This document shows, piece by piece, positions 38,261 to 46,846 of a stretch of 64,000 nucleotides of DNA (position 1 is the first letter of the stretch; each line of letters begins with the position of its first letter). The translations under genes were made by a program, and so were the position numbers. This DNA is from Candidatus Omnitrophota bacterium (GTDB lineage Bacteria > Omnitrophota > Gorgyraeia > Gygaellales > Profunditerraquicolaceae). The DNA is taken from positions 1,012-65,011 of the forward strand of contig JBDRAV010000013.1 of assembly GCA_043823435.1 (NCBI GenBank), given 5' to 3'. Below the pieces are notes generated by a model. It was not told where the DNA came from, searched no databases, and worked only from the letters and a program-made list of their open reading frames with translations.

Positions 38261-39322
38261 GTGAATTTACGCATACGCAAGATATATGCCGGGTTATCCA
38301 AAAACGGCATCGACGGTCTGATTGTAAATTCCGCGGCAAATATAGCTTATCTCACCAATTACACCAGCCGTGACTCATATCTATTAATATCAAGAAAATC
38401 AAATATCTATTTTACCGACTCAAGATATATTGAGGAGGCCAGGAAGGGTCTTAGAGGTGTTGCCTCGGTAAAGAAGATAAGCGGCTGCGCCTTCAAAATA
38501 ATAGCCAGGACCTGCTCTGGGTTCGGGCTTAAACGTATCGGATTTGAAGAAAACTATCTCGCCTGCACCGAGCATAGAAATATGAGGCGCGAATTGAACA
38601 AGAAAGCAGAATTAGTGCCTGCCTGCGGAATGGTAGAAAAGTTCAGGGAAATAAAGGGCGCCGAAGAAGTGGAGAAGATAAGAGAGGCGGTCCGGATAAC
38701 AACGGAGGCATTCAGGTTTATCGAAAGATTCATATCCTGCGGGAGGAAGGAAGCCGAAATAGCGGGAGAATTAGAGCGTTTTATAAGGTATAACGGCGCA
38801 CACTCTTCGGCATTCGACATAATCGTGGCCTCAGGGCCAAATTCAAGCCTTCCGCATCACTTGACCTCGCAAAGGAAACTCAGGGAAAACGAACATGTAT
38901 TGATCGACATGGGTGTTGAGTATAAGGGGTATAAATCTGACTTGACAAGGGTTTTCTTTTTGGGTAAAATAAACCCTGCTGTAGCAAAGATATACGAAAT
39001 AGTAGGCACGGCAAGTCGTAATGCGATAAACCAGATAAAACCAGCTGTTAATAAAAAAAAGGTCGATAAAGCTGCCCGCCAATATATAACGCGAAAAGGG
39101 TACGGCGGGTTTTTTGATCATAGTTTAGGGCACGGGATAGGCCTAGAGGTTCACGAAGAGCCGCGCATATCTTCCGGGTCAGAGGGGGATTTAATGCCAG
39201 GAATGGTATTTACTGTTGAACCGGCAATATATCTGCCGGGTAGATTCGGAATAAGAATAGAGGATATGGTTCTGGTTACCGGGAAAGGCAATGAGGTATT
39301 AAGTGGCGCTCTCGATAAATGA
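38261..39322 (+). CDS. pepP: Xaa-Pro aminopeptidase (M24B)
   Basis: 353 aa, creatinase-like N-domain plus M24 motifs (HGIGLEVHE, EDMV). GTG start. Confidence 0.85.
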   Translation: MNLRIRKIYAGLSKNGIDGLIVNSAANIAYLTNYTSRDSYLLISRKSNIYFTDSRYIEEARKGLRGVASVKKISGCAFKIIARTCSGFGLKRIGFEENYLACTEHRNMRRELNKKAELVPACGMVEKFREIKGAEEVEKIREAVRITTEAFRFIERFISCGRKEAEIAGELERFIRYNGAHSSAFDIIVASGPNSSLPHHLTSQRKLRENEHVLIDMGVEYKGYKSDLTRVFFLGKINPAVAKIYEIVGTASRNAINQIKPAVNKKKVDKAARQYITRKGYGGFFDHSLGHGIGLEVHEEPRISSGSEGDLMPGMVFTVEPAIYLPGRFGIRIEDMVLVTGKGNEVLSGALDK

Positions 39323-39869
39323 CGTAAAATCAGGCTTGACTATTATAGTTGACAATGATGTATATATGGTTATAGATACCCAGCACGTGAAGCCAGGAAA
39401 AGGCGCTGCTTTTGTGCGCGCAAAATTAAGAAACCTTAAAAACAGCAACATCCAGGAGAAAACATTCAGGGGGGACGAAAAGATAGAAGCGGCCTTCGTG
39501 GAGGAAAGAAAACTCCAATATCTGTATTCTTCGGGAGATATGTATCATTTCATGGACCAGGATAATTTCGAAGAGATAGCTATACCCGTTGAGACGCTTG
39601 CGGATAAAAAAAAATTCCTGAAAGATAACCTTGAGGTCAGCGGTTATTTCTATAAAAATGAAACCTTGAGCGTAAGCCTTCCTAATTTTATCGATTTCAT
39701 TATCGTTCATACCGAACCGGGGATAAAAGGCGACACGGCTAAAAGTGGCACGAAATCGGCAGAAATAGAATCCGGAGCCATTATCCAGGTCCCGCTTTTT
39801 ATAAATACCGGGGATAAGATCAGAGTGGATGCCCGGACAGGAGAATATATAGAGAGGTCGTATTCATAA
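39303..39869 (+). CDS. efp: Elongation factor P
   Basis: 188 aa, ...HVKPGKGAAFVRAKLRNL... (modifiable Lys loop). GTG start overlapping pepP. Confidence 0.94.
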   Translation: MALSINDVKSGLTIIVDNDVYMVIDTQHVKPGKGAAFVRAKLRNLKNSNIQEKTFRGDEKIEAAFVEERKLQYLYSSGDMYHFMDQDNFEEIAIPVETLADKKKFLKDNLEVSGYFYKNETLSVSLPNFIDFIIVHTEPGIKGDTAKSGTKSAEIESGAIIQVPLFINTGDKIRVDARTGEYIERSYS

Positions 39870-39879
39870 AGGATGGGTG

Positions 39880-39928
39880 TCCCGTTAGAAACGGTATTCT
39901 AACGGGATAACCGGGAGGATTCTAACGG
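39880..39928 (+). other. Hairpin with a duplicated 3' arm in the efp-accB spacer
   Basis: TCCCGTTAGAA (39880-90) pairs with TTCTAACGGGA (39897-907). TTCTAACGG recurs at 39920-28, flanking the accB SD GGGAGG (39913-18). Confidence 0.45.
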
Positions 39929-39929
39929 A

Positions 39930-40388
39930 ATGAATATAAAAGAAATAAAAGAAATGATCAATCTTATGAATGAGAATGGTCTGGTAGAGCTGGAGATAGA
40001 AAAGGACGGGATGCGCGTCAGATTGAAGAAGGTAGGCCAGGGGCAGGAGGCATCCGCGGGCCAGACTATAGTTATCGAGAAATCGGGAGCGCCTGCGTTC
40101 CAGACCAGAGGAGAGTCTTTGGAAGCCCTTGAGAAATCAGCTTCAAATACCATTGAAATCAAGGCCCCCATGGTAGGGACTTTTTACCGCGCGCCTTCCC
40201 CAGAGGTTCCGCCATATGTTGAAAAAGGCCAGGTAATCGAACCGGGACAGGTGATCTGTATCATAGAAGCAATGAAATTAATGAATGAAATAAAGTCTGA
40301 AATAAAGGGCAGGATCCTGGAGATCCTTGTCGATAATACTGAACCCGTAGAATTCGGACAACCTATATACCTGATCGAACCCGTCTAA
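39930..40388 (+). CDS. accB: Biotin carboxyl carrier protein
   Basis: 152 aa, EAMKLMNEI biotinylation motif. Confidence 0.93.
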   Translation: MNIKEIKEMINLMNENGLVELEIEKDGMRVRLKKVGQGQEASAGQTIVIEKSGAPAFQTRGESLEALEKSASNTIEIKAPMVGTFYRAPSPEVPPYVEKGQVIEPGQVICIIEAMKLMNEIKSEIKGRILEILVDNTEPVEFGQPIYLIEPV

Positions 40389-40521
40389 ATTTAAAACTTT
40401 GCCTCGCATTCAAAATGCTTGGCAGCAAGCGAGGTTAATTCGCGCAGATAACTTACTCACGCTTACCTGCTTATCTGATGAAAGGGGCAGGCAGGTGGTT
40501 CGTAGGTAATGTGCTCATAAA
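40389..40521 (+). repeat. Degenerate/rearranged copy of the bipartite intergenic repeat
   Basis: Divergent hairpin 1 (CCTCGC...GCGAGG), conserved TTAATTCGCGC, CAGATAACTTAC...GTAGGTAATGTGC, then TCATAAA just before the accC ATG. Confidence 0.6.
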
Positions 40522-41892
40522 ATGTTCTCAAAAGTACTTATTGCCAACCGGGGAGAAATAGCCCTAAGAGTGATCCGCGCCTGCCGTGAATTAGGTATCC
40601 GTACCGTAGCCGTATATTCCGAAGCAGATAGAAATTCACTGCATACCCGCTTTGCCGATGAGGCGATCTGTATCGGCAAGGCACAGAGCAGCAACAGCTA
40701 CCTGAATATCCCCGCGATCATAAGCGCAGCAGAGATCACCGATGTAGATGCGATACACCCCGGTTACGGTTTTCTCGCGGAAAACCCGCATTTTGCGGAG
40801 ATCTGCGAATCATGCAAGATAACCTTTATCGGCCCTACCTCTGATAATATCCGGCTGATGGGGGATAAAATGGCTGCCCGCGCCAATATGCAGAAAACAG
40901 GCCTGCCTATAGTCCCCGGAAGCATATCCATAGTCAAGAGCAAGGAAGAAGCACTTAAGACCTCCAAGAAGATAGGCTATCCCGTAATCATAAAAGCAGC
41001 GGCAGGCGGCGGCGGCAAGGGGATGCGCATCGCCCATAATGACATAAGCCTTATCAGCGGCCTGATGACAGCACAGGCAGAAGCCGAATCGAATTTCGGT
41101 AACTCCAACGTATATATTGAAAAATATATCGAAAGACCGCGTCATATCGAGATCCAGATCCTGGCGGATAAACACGGGCACATTGTACACCTTGGAGAAA
41201 GGGACTGCAGTATCCAGAGAAGGCATCAGAAATTACTGGAAGAGGCACCGTCTCCGGCAGTAGATGCAAGATTGCGTAAACGCCTCGGAGAGCTCGCCGT
41301 AAAAGGCGCCAAGACCATACATTATATAGGGGCAGGGACCATAGAATTCCTGTTAGACTCACACAATAATTTTTATTTTATGGAGATGAACACAAGGATA
41401 CAGGTCGAACACCCCGTTACCGAAATGGTTACCGGGATAGACCTGATAAAGGAACAGGTCCGCGTGGCAGGAGGAGAAAGGCTGCGTTTTCGGCAGGATG
41501 ATATTAAAGTAAAAGGGGCAGCCATAGAGTGCCGCATAAATGCCGAAGATTTTGAAAACAACTTCATGCCTTCTCCGGGAAAGATCGAGACCCTTAACCT
41601 CCCCGGGGGGCCGGGCGTACGCGTGGACACGCATATTTATAGCGGATATGAAGTACCGACGTTTTATGATTCCCTGTTAGCCAAACTGATAACCTATGCT
41701 GATTCCCGGCAAGAGGCAATACAGATCATGCGGCGCGCGCTAATGGAATTTCATATCTCCCCGATAAAAACAACCATCCCTTTTCATATTCGCCTCATGG
41801 ATAATCCTCTCTTTATAAAAGGGGAGATATCGACTCATTTAGTCCAGGAGATATTGAAAGAGGAGTGCTTTGAGCCGTCGGCAAAAGAGTAA
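40522..41892 (+). CDS. accC: Biotin carboxylase
   Basis: [20 protein letters not shown]..., 456 aa, ATP-grasp. Confidence 0.96.
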   Translation: MFSKVLIANRGEIALRVIRACRELGIRTVAVYSEADRNSLHTRFADEAICIGKAQSSNSYLNIPAIISAAEITDVDAIHPGYGFLAENPHFAEICESCKITFIGPTSDNIRLMGDKMAARANMQKTGLPIVPGSISIVKSKEEALKTSKKIGYPVIIKAAAGGGGKGMRIAHNDISLISGLMTAQAEAESNFGNSNVYIEKYIERPRHIEIQILADKHGHIVHLGERDCSIQRRHQKLLEEAPSPAVDARLRKRLGELAVKGAKTIHYIGAGTIEFLLDSHNNFYFMEMNTRIQVEHPVTEMVTGIDLIKEQVRVAGGERLRFRQDDIKVKGAAIECRINAEDFENNFMPSPGKIETLNLPGGPGVRVDTHIYSGYEVPTFYDSLLAKLITYADSRQEAIQIMRRALMEFHISPIKTTIPFHIRLMDNPLFIKGEISTHLVQEILKEECFEPSAKE

Positions 41893-41895
41893 GGC

Positions 41896-42270
41896 ATGAA
41901 TATAACCGCAGGAACAATGCATAGAGAAGAATCAGAGACCGATCTAGGTAATATCAAGATACATAAAAATGTTATCGCTTCGATCGCATCTCTGGCGGCA
42001 TCCGAAATTGACGGCGTAAAAAAGATAGGAGGGAGTTTCAAAAGCGGGCTGTTAGAATTAATCGGAAAAAAGGCCCAGATGGCGATAAAGGTCGATATCG
42101 ATAAGAACGAGGAGATAAGACTTGAAGTCCCCCTGGTTATAAAATACGGTTTTAATATACCTGATATATCCAACAGGGTCCAGGAGAATATCCGCAATGC
42201 ACTGGAAAAAATGACAAGCCTGTCCGTAAAATATATAAATATAAATGTCCAAAGTATAGAGAGGGGGTAA
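41896..42270 (+). CDS. Asp23/Gls24-family envelope stress protein
   Basis: 124 aa, ...IKIHKNVIASIASLAASEIDGV.... Confidence 0.78.
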   Translation: MNITAGTMHREESETDLGNIKIHKNVIASIASLAASEIDGVKKIGGSFKSGLLELIGKKAQMAIKVDIDKNEEIRLEVPLVIKYGFNIPDISNRVQENIRNALEKMTSLSVKYININVQSIERG

Positions 42271-42273
42271 TAA

Positions 42274-42879
42274 ATGCGCATATTCACGGTTTTAGGGATA
42301 CTGTTCTACGCCTCGGTCCTTATTCTTATCGGAATGATCCTGATAATATTTTCTCTAGACGTATTGCAGCCTCAGGATATAAATACTATACTTGTGTATG
42401 TGCAGCAGAGCCTCAATTCAAAGGTTATCATGGGGCTATCCGGGTTTTTATTGATAGTGGTAAGTTTTTCTTTTGCGCAGTTAATCCTGGGACGTTTTCA
42501 GCGCGAGAGGACGATCGCCTTCACAACAGCTTCGGGAGAAGTGACCATTGCTCTTTCGGCCGTTGAGGACCTAATAAAGCGCCTGGCGGGACTGATTCCC
42601 GAAATAAAAGAATTGAGGCCGGATGTGATAGCGAGTAAAAAGGGTATTATTGTAGATATCAGGGTGGTGTTAAGGTCCGAGGCGAATATCCCTGATCTGA
42701 CCGCCCGGCTTCAGGAGATAATCAGGTCAAAAATACAGGAGATACTCGGGCTGGAAGAACAGATAGTGATCAAAATCCACGTAGTAAAGATCATTTCAAT
42801 CCACGACGCGGACAGAAAAATAAAAGAACAGGTAAAGGAAGAACCTGCCATACCATTTAGCGGATACGGCAGGGCATAA
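42274..42879 (+). CDS. Membrane protein, AmaP-like (Asp23 membrane anchor)
   Basis: 201 aa, two N-terminal TM segments, adjacent to the Asp23 gene. Assignment by context and memory. Confidence 0.5.
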   Translation: MRIFTVLGILFYASVLILIGMILIIFSLDVLQPQDINTILVYVQQSLNSKVIMGLSGFLLIVVSFSFAQLILGRFQRERTIAFTTASGEVTIALSAVEDLIKRLAGLIPEIKELRPDVIASKKGIIVDIRVVLRSEANIPDLTARLQEIIRSKIQEILGLEEQIVIKIHVVKIISIHDADRKIKEQVKEEPAIPFSGYGRA

Positions 42880-42996
42880 GTGAGGCCATAAGTTATGTGT
42901 ATATTCATCCTTTTATAGCTATTAATAAGGTGGGATGTAAATTCGCGCTTATAACTTACTCATACAGTCGCATTCGTAAGTTATGCGCTCATTTAA
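42880..42996 (+). repeat. Complete unit of the bipartite intergenic repeat with a 5' GTGAGGCCATAAGTTATG block
   Basis: CATCC..GGGATG, then TAAATTC, then GCGCTTATAACTTAC (42945-59) / GTAAGTTATGCGC (42976-88), then TCATTTAA. The pfk SD follows directly. Confidence 0.87.
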
Positions 42997-43006
42997 GGAG
43001 GGGTTT

Positions 43007-44038
43007 ATGTTAAAAATAGGTATCCTTACAGGGGGAGGAGATTGTCCCGGATTAAACTCTGTAATCCGGGCGGTAGTCAGAAAAGGGATCAACGAAGGTT
43101 ATGAAATCATTGGAATTAAAAACGGATGGAAAGGTCTCATTGAGAGCGACAGCACGCCTCTTGGCCTTGCGAATATATCGGGAATACTCCCCAAAGGTGG
43201 TACGGTACTGGGTACAAGCCGCACAAACCCCTACAAAAAAGAAGGCGATCTATTAAAACTGAAAGATAATTATAAAAAATTCGGGCTGAATGCCTTAATT
43301 GCCATAGGGGGAGAGGATACTTTAGGGGTGGCGGCAAAATTAATAAAGGACGGCATTACCAATATCCTTGGCGTACCCAAGACCATAGATAATGACATTT
43401 CTGCCACAGACTATACCTTTGGATTCGATACGGCATTGAATACTGCCATGGAATGCATTGATAGGCTGCATACTACCGCAGAGAGCCACCACAGGGTTAT
43501 TGTCGTGGAAGTCATGGGCAGGCACGCCGGATGGATCGCCATTGAATCCGGGATAGCAGGGGGAGCGGATGTGATCCTGATACCCGAAATACCCATTGAT
43601 ATCGAGGATACATGTAACCTTCTTAAAAAGAGGCATTTGCGCGGTAAACTGTTCAGCATAGTTGTCGTAGCCGAAGGCGCTAAATTCAAAGAAGGCGGGA
43701 TAGTGACGCAGGAAGAAAAACTTGATGCGTTCGGCCACGTCAGGCTCGGAGGTATAGCAGAGACCTTGGGCCAGGAGATTGAAAAAAGGACGGGCTTTGA
43801 AACAAGGGTGAGTGTACTCGGGCATATTCAGAGAGGCGGCAGCCCTACTGCTTTTGACAGGATACTCGGGACAAGGTTCGGAGTAAAAGCGGTCGAACTG
43901 GTAAAGGCCAACAAATTCGGCCGGATGGTAGCGTTAGTAGGCAATAAGATTACCGATGTCGCCATTGAGGACGCTGTGAACGTATTAAAAACAGCCGACA
44001 TGGAATTGTATGAAATAGCAAAAGTATTCTTTGGATAA
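43007..44038 (+). CDS. pfk: 6-phosphofructokinase (ATP vs PPi dependence unresolved)
   Basis: ATG 43007 gives MLKIGILTGGGDCPGLN...; IGGEDTLG, PKTIDND. The ORF-track start 42983 lies in the repeat. Confidence 0.92.
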   Translation: MLKIGILTGGGDCPGLNSVIRAVVRKGINEGYEIIGIKNGWKGLIESDSTPLGLANISGILPKGGTVLGTSRTNPYKKEGDLLKLKDNYKKFGLNALIAIGGEDTLGVAAKLIKDGITNILGVPKTIDNDISATDYTFGFDTALNTAMECIDRLHTTAESHHRVIVVEVMGRHAGWIAIESGIAGGADVILIPEIPIDIEDTCNLLKKRHLRGKLFSIVVVAEGAKFKEGGIVTQEEKLDAFGHVRLGGIAETLGQEIEKRTGFETRVSVLGHIQRGGSPTAFDRILGTRFGVKAVELVKANKFGRMVALVGNKITDVAIEDAVNVLKTADMELYEIAKVFFG

Positions 44039-44052
44039 AAGGATGGTGTTAT

Positions 44053-44622
44053 ATGAGAGATAAAATACAGGATATATTATTGGAAAGCATCCAGGTTAAA
44101 GAAGCATTATTGCGGACAAGCGTAGGAAAGATCAAGGAGATCTCTGACCTCCTGATAGAATGCCTGCAGAAGAACGGCAAGGTGATAGTCTTTGGAAACG
44201 GCGGCTCGGCTAGTGACAGCCAGCACATAGCGGCTGAATTCGTAGGTAGGTTCAAGAAGGACAGGAAAGGTTTGCCTGCCATAGCCCTTACCACAAACAC
44301 CTCTATCCTGACCGCTATCGCAAACGATTATGGTTACGAAGCAGTTTTCGCGAAACAGGTCGAGGCGCTGGGAACTAAAAATGATGTCGCTATCGGCATA
44401 TCTACAAGCGGTAAGGCAAAAAATGTGGCCTGCGGTATAAAACAGGCTAAAAAGATGGGGCTAAAGACTATAGCGCTTACCGGGGCAGACGGAGGGGAGC
44501 TGGTAAAGCTCGCTGATGTATCTCTCGTAGTCCCTTCATCGGTCACGGCCAGAGTCCAGGAAGCGCATATTACCATAGGCCACATCTTCTGCGAACTGGC
44601 AGAAGAAGCTCTCTGCCAGTAA
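44053..44622 (+). CDS. gmhA: D-sedoheptulose-7-phosphate isomerase
   Basis: 189 aa SIS domain, ...VFGNGGSASDSQHIAAEF.... Confidence 0.87.
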   Translation: MRDKIQDILLESIQVKEALLRTSVGKIKEISDLLIECLQKNGKVIVFGNGGSASDSQHIAAEFVGRFKKDRKGLPAIALTTNTSILTAIANDYGYEAVFAKQVEALGTKNDVAIGISTSGKAKNVACGIKQAKKMGLKTIALTGADGGELVKLADVSLVVPSSVTARVQEAHITIGHIFCELAEEALCQ

Positions 44623-44635
44623 AATCGAAATAAAA

Positions 44636-45130
44636 ATGGCTGGTTTGCGTCTACTTGAGAAAAAGATAAAGAACCCGGAAGAACTGAATAGAATAATTGC
44701 CCGCCTTAAGGCCCGGGGCAAAAGAGTAGTATTTACTAACGGCTGTTTTGACCTGCTTCATTACGGTCACATAAAGTACCTGGAAGAGGCTAGAAAGAAT
44801 GGCGATCTCCTTATCGTGGGAATAAACAGCGACGATTCGGTAAAAAGAATCAAAGGCAAGAAACGCCCGGTTCTTAACGAAAAAGATAGGTTAAGAATGG
44901 TCGCGGCATTAGAAAGTGTGGATTACGTGACCCTCTTTAAGGAGGATACGCCGTTAGAGACGATAAAGTCTATAAAGCCTGATGTGCTGGTAAAAGGCGC
45001 GGACTGGAATAAAAGCGATATAGTGGGCAGGGATATTGTCTTAAGCCGGGGCGGGCGCGTATCAGTCATAAGACTGGCTAAAGGACACTCCACTTCTAAT
45101 TTAATCAGAAAAATTGCCAAACGTTTCTAA
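44636..45130 (+). CDS. D-glycero-beta-D-manno-heptose-1-phosphate adenylyltransferase (RfaE domain II)
   Basis: 164 aa, ...VVFTNGCFDLLHYGHIKYLEEA... cytidylyltransferase fold. Confidence 0.87.
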   Translation: MAGLRLLEKKIKNPEELNRIIARLKARGKRVVFTNGCFDLLHYGHIKYLEEARKNGDLLIVGINSDDSVKRIKGKKRPVLNEKDRLRMVAALESVDYVTLFKEDTPLETIKSIKPDVLVKGADWNKSDIVGRDIVLSRGGRVSVIRLAKGHSTSNLIRKIAKRF

Positions 45131-45560
45131 TCTAAAGCCCGTATACAGGATCATCGACGCAAATATCAACAGGGCAAAAGAAGGTCTGCGGGTATGTGAA
45201 GATATAGCCAGGTTTATGCTGGATAGCCGGGGTCTGGTCTCCGGATTCAAGAAAGCAAGGCATAGGATAACCGCGATATTGAAATGCCTGCCTGTAGATA
45301 CCGGGCTCTATGAACACAGGGAGAGCGCAGGGGACGTAGGCAGAAATATCCATATTAATGAATTGAGGAGAGATAACTGGCAGGATATTTTTTATGCCAA
45401 TATGCAGCGCATAAAGGAATCCGTCAGGGTGATGGAAGAATTCGTAAAACTTATCAATAGAAATACCGCCCTTAAATTCAAGAAACTGAGGTATGATATT
45501 TACGGACTGGAGAAAGATTCCGCTAAAAAGATCTCTTCGTATTTACGTTCCCGAAAATAA
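45114..45560 (+). CDS. Hypothetical protein resembling the N-terminal extension of long-form thiamine-phosphate synthases
   Basis: 148 aa, YRIIDANINRAKEGLRVCEDIARF.... TTG start uncertain. Sits directly before thiC. Family assignment is from memory. Confidence 0.35.
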   Translation: MPNVSNLKPVYRIIDANINRAKEGLRVCEDIARFMLDSRGLVSGFKKARHRITAILKCLPVDTGLYEHRESAGDVGRNIHINELRRDNWQDIFYANMQRIKESVRVMEEFVKLINRNTALKFKKLRYDIYGLEKDSAKKISSYLRSRK

Positions 45561-46843
45561 TGACCCAATTGGAATATGCCAGGAAAAATATCATAACGCC
45601 CCTGATGAAGAAGGTTGCCCTGCAGGAGGGCATTAGCCCCTCGCGGATAGTAAAGCTGGTAAGCGAGGGCAGGGCCGTTATCCTTAATAATCTCAGGCGC
45701 CGCATAAAAATCCCCTGTGCCGTAGGATACGGGTTACGTACCAAGGTAAACGCGAACATAGGCACCTCGACCGATAAGCCCATGATCGGATACGAACTTA
45801 AGAAAACGGCGGTCGCAGTAAAATACGGCGCAGATACTCTCATGGACTTGAGCGTAGGAGGTGACTTAAGAAGAATGCGAAGAGCGGTACTGGGACATTC
45901 GCCGGTTCCTGTGGGTACGGTTCCGATTTACGAAATAGCGGTAAATTCCAAGAAGACTAAAAAGGACTTCCTTAAATTTTCCCCTGATGATATTTTTGAG
46001 GTCTTGAAGTCACAGGCCGAAGACGGCGTAGATTTCTTTACTATTCACGCAGGAGTTACAAGGAAGAGCCTGGGCGCGCTGAAGAAACAGAGGCGCTTAA
46101 TGGGCATTGTTTCCAGGGGCGGGGCAATTCTCTCCGGATGGATAACGCGCAACAAGAAAGAGAACCCTTTTTATGAATATTTTGACAAGGTATTGGAGAT
46201 AGCGCATACTTATGACATCACCTTGAGTCTGGGAGACGGTTTAAGGCCCGGCTCTATACTGGATGCCACTGATAAGGCGCAGATATCCGAACTTAAGATC
46301 CTTGGTGATCTGGCTGAACGTGCGCGAAAAAAAGGAGTCCAGGTAATTATTGAAGGCCCGGGGCATGTGCCGTTAAACCAGATAAAAAGGAATGTTGACC
46401 TGGAGAAATCTATCTGCCGTAATGCGCCATTCTATGTCTTAGGCCCATTGGTTACAGATGTAGCTGCGGGATATGACCACATAAGCAGCGCAATCGGAGG
46501 AGCTATTGCCGCAAGCTCCGGGGCCGATTTCTTATGTTATGTAACTCCTTCGGAACACCTCAGGCATCCCTCCGCAGAAGATGTCCGGGAAGGCGTTATA
46601 GCCTACAGGATAGCAGCGCACGCGGCCGATATAGTAAAGGGCGTAAAATCAGCGATAGGATGGGACAGGAGAATGTCACTGGCCCGCAGAAGGCGCGACT
46701 GGAAGAAACAGGTTGCGCTCTCCATAGACCCGGATAAGGCGGGATATTACAGGGGTTCTTCAAAACCGCATCTGTCGGATGTATGTACTATGTGCGGGGA
46801 TTATTGCTCAATTAAATTAATGGAAGAATGTGTGCGGGCGTAG
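45560..46843 (+). CDS. thiC: Phosphomethylpyrimidine synthase
   Basis: 427 aa, ThiC core, C-terminal CTMCGDYCS cluster motif. Confidence 0.96.
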   Translation: MTQLEYARKNIITPLMKKVALQEGISPSRIVKLVSEGRAVILNNLRRRIKIPCAVGYGLRTKVNANIGTSTDKPMIGYELKKTAVAVKYGADTLMDLSVGGDLRRMRRAVLGHSPVPVGTVPIYEIAVNSKKTKKDFLKFSPDDIFEVLKSQAEDGVDFFTIHAGVTRKSLGALKKQRRLMGIVSRGGAILSGWITRNKKENPFYEYFDKVLEIAHTYDITLSLGDGLRPGSILDATDKAQISELKILGDLAERARKKGVQVIIEGPGHVPLNQIKRNVDLEKSICRNAPFYVLGPLVTDVAAGYDHISSAIGGAIAASSGADFLCYVTPSEHLRHPSAEDVREGVIAYRIAAHAADIVKGVKSAIGWDRRMSLARRRRDWKKQVALSIDPDKAGYYRGSSKPHLSDVCTMCGDYCSIKLMEECVRA

Positions 46844-46846
46844 TTT

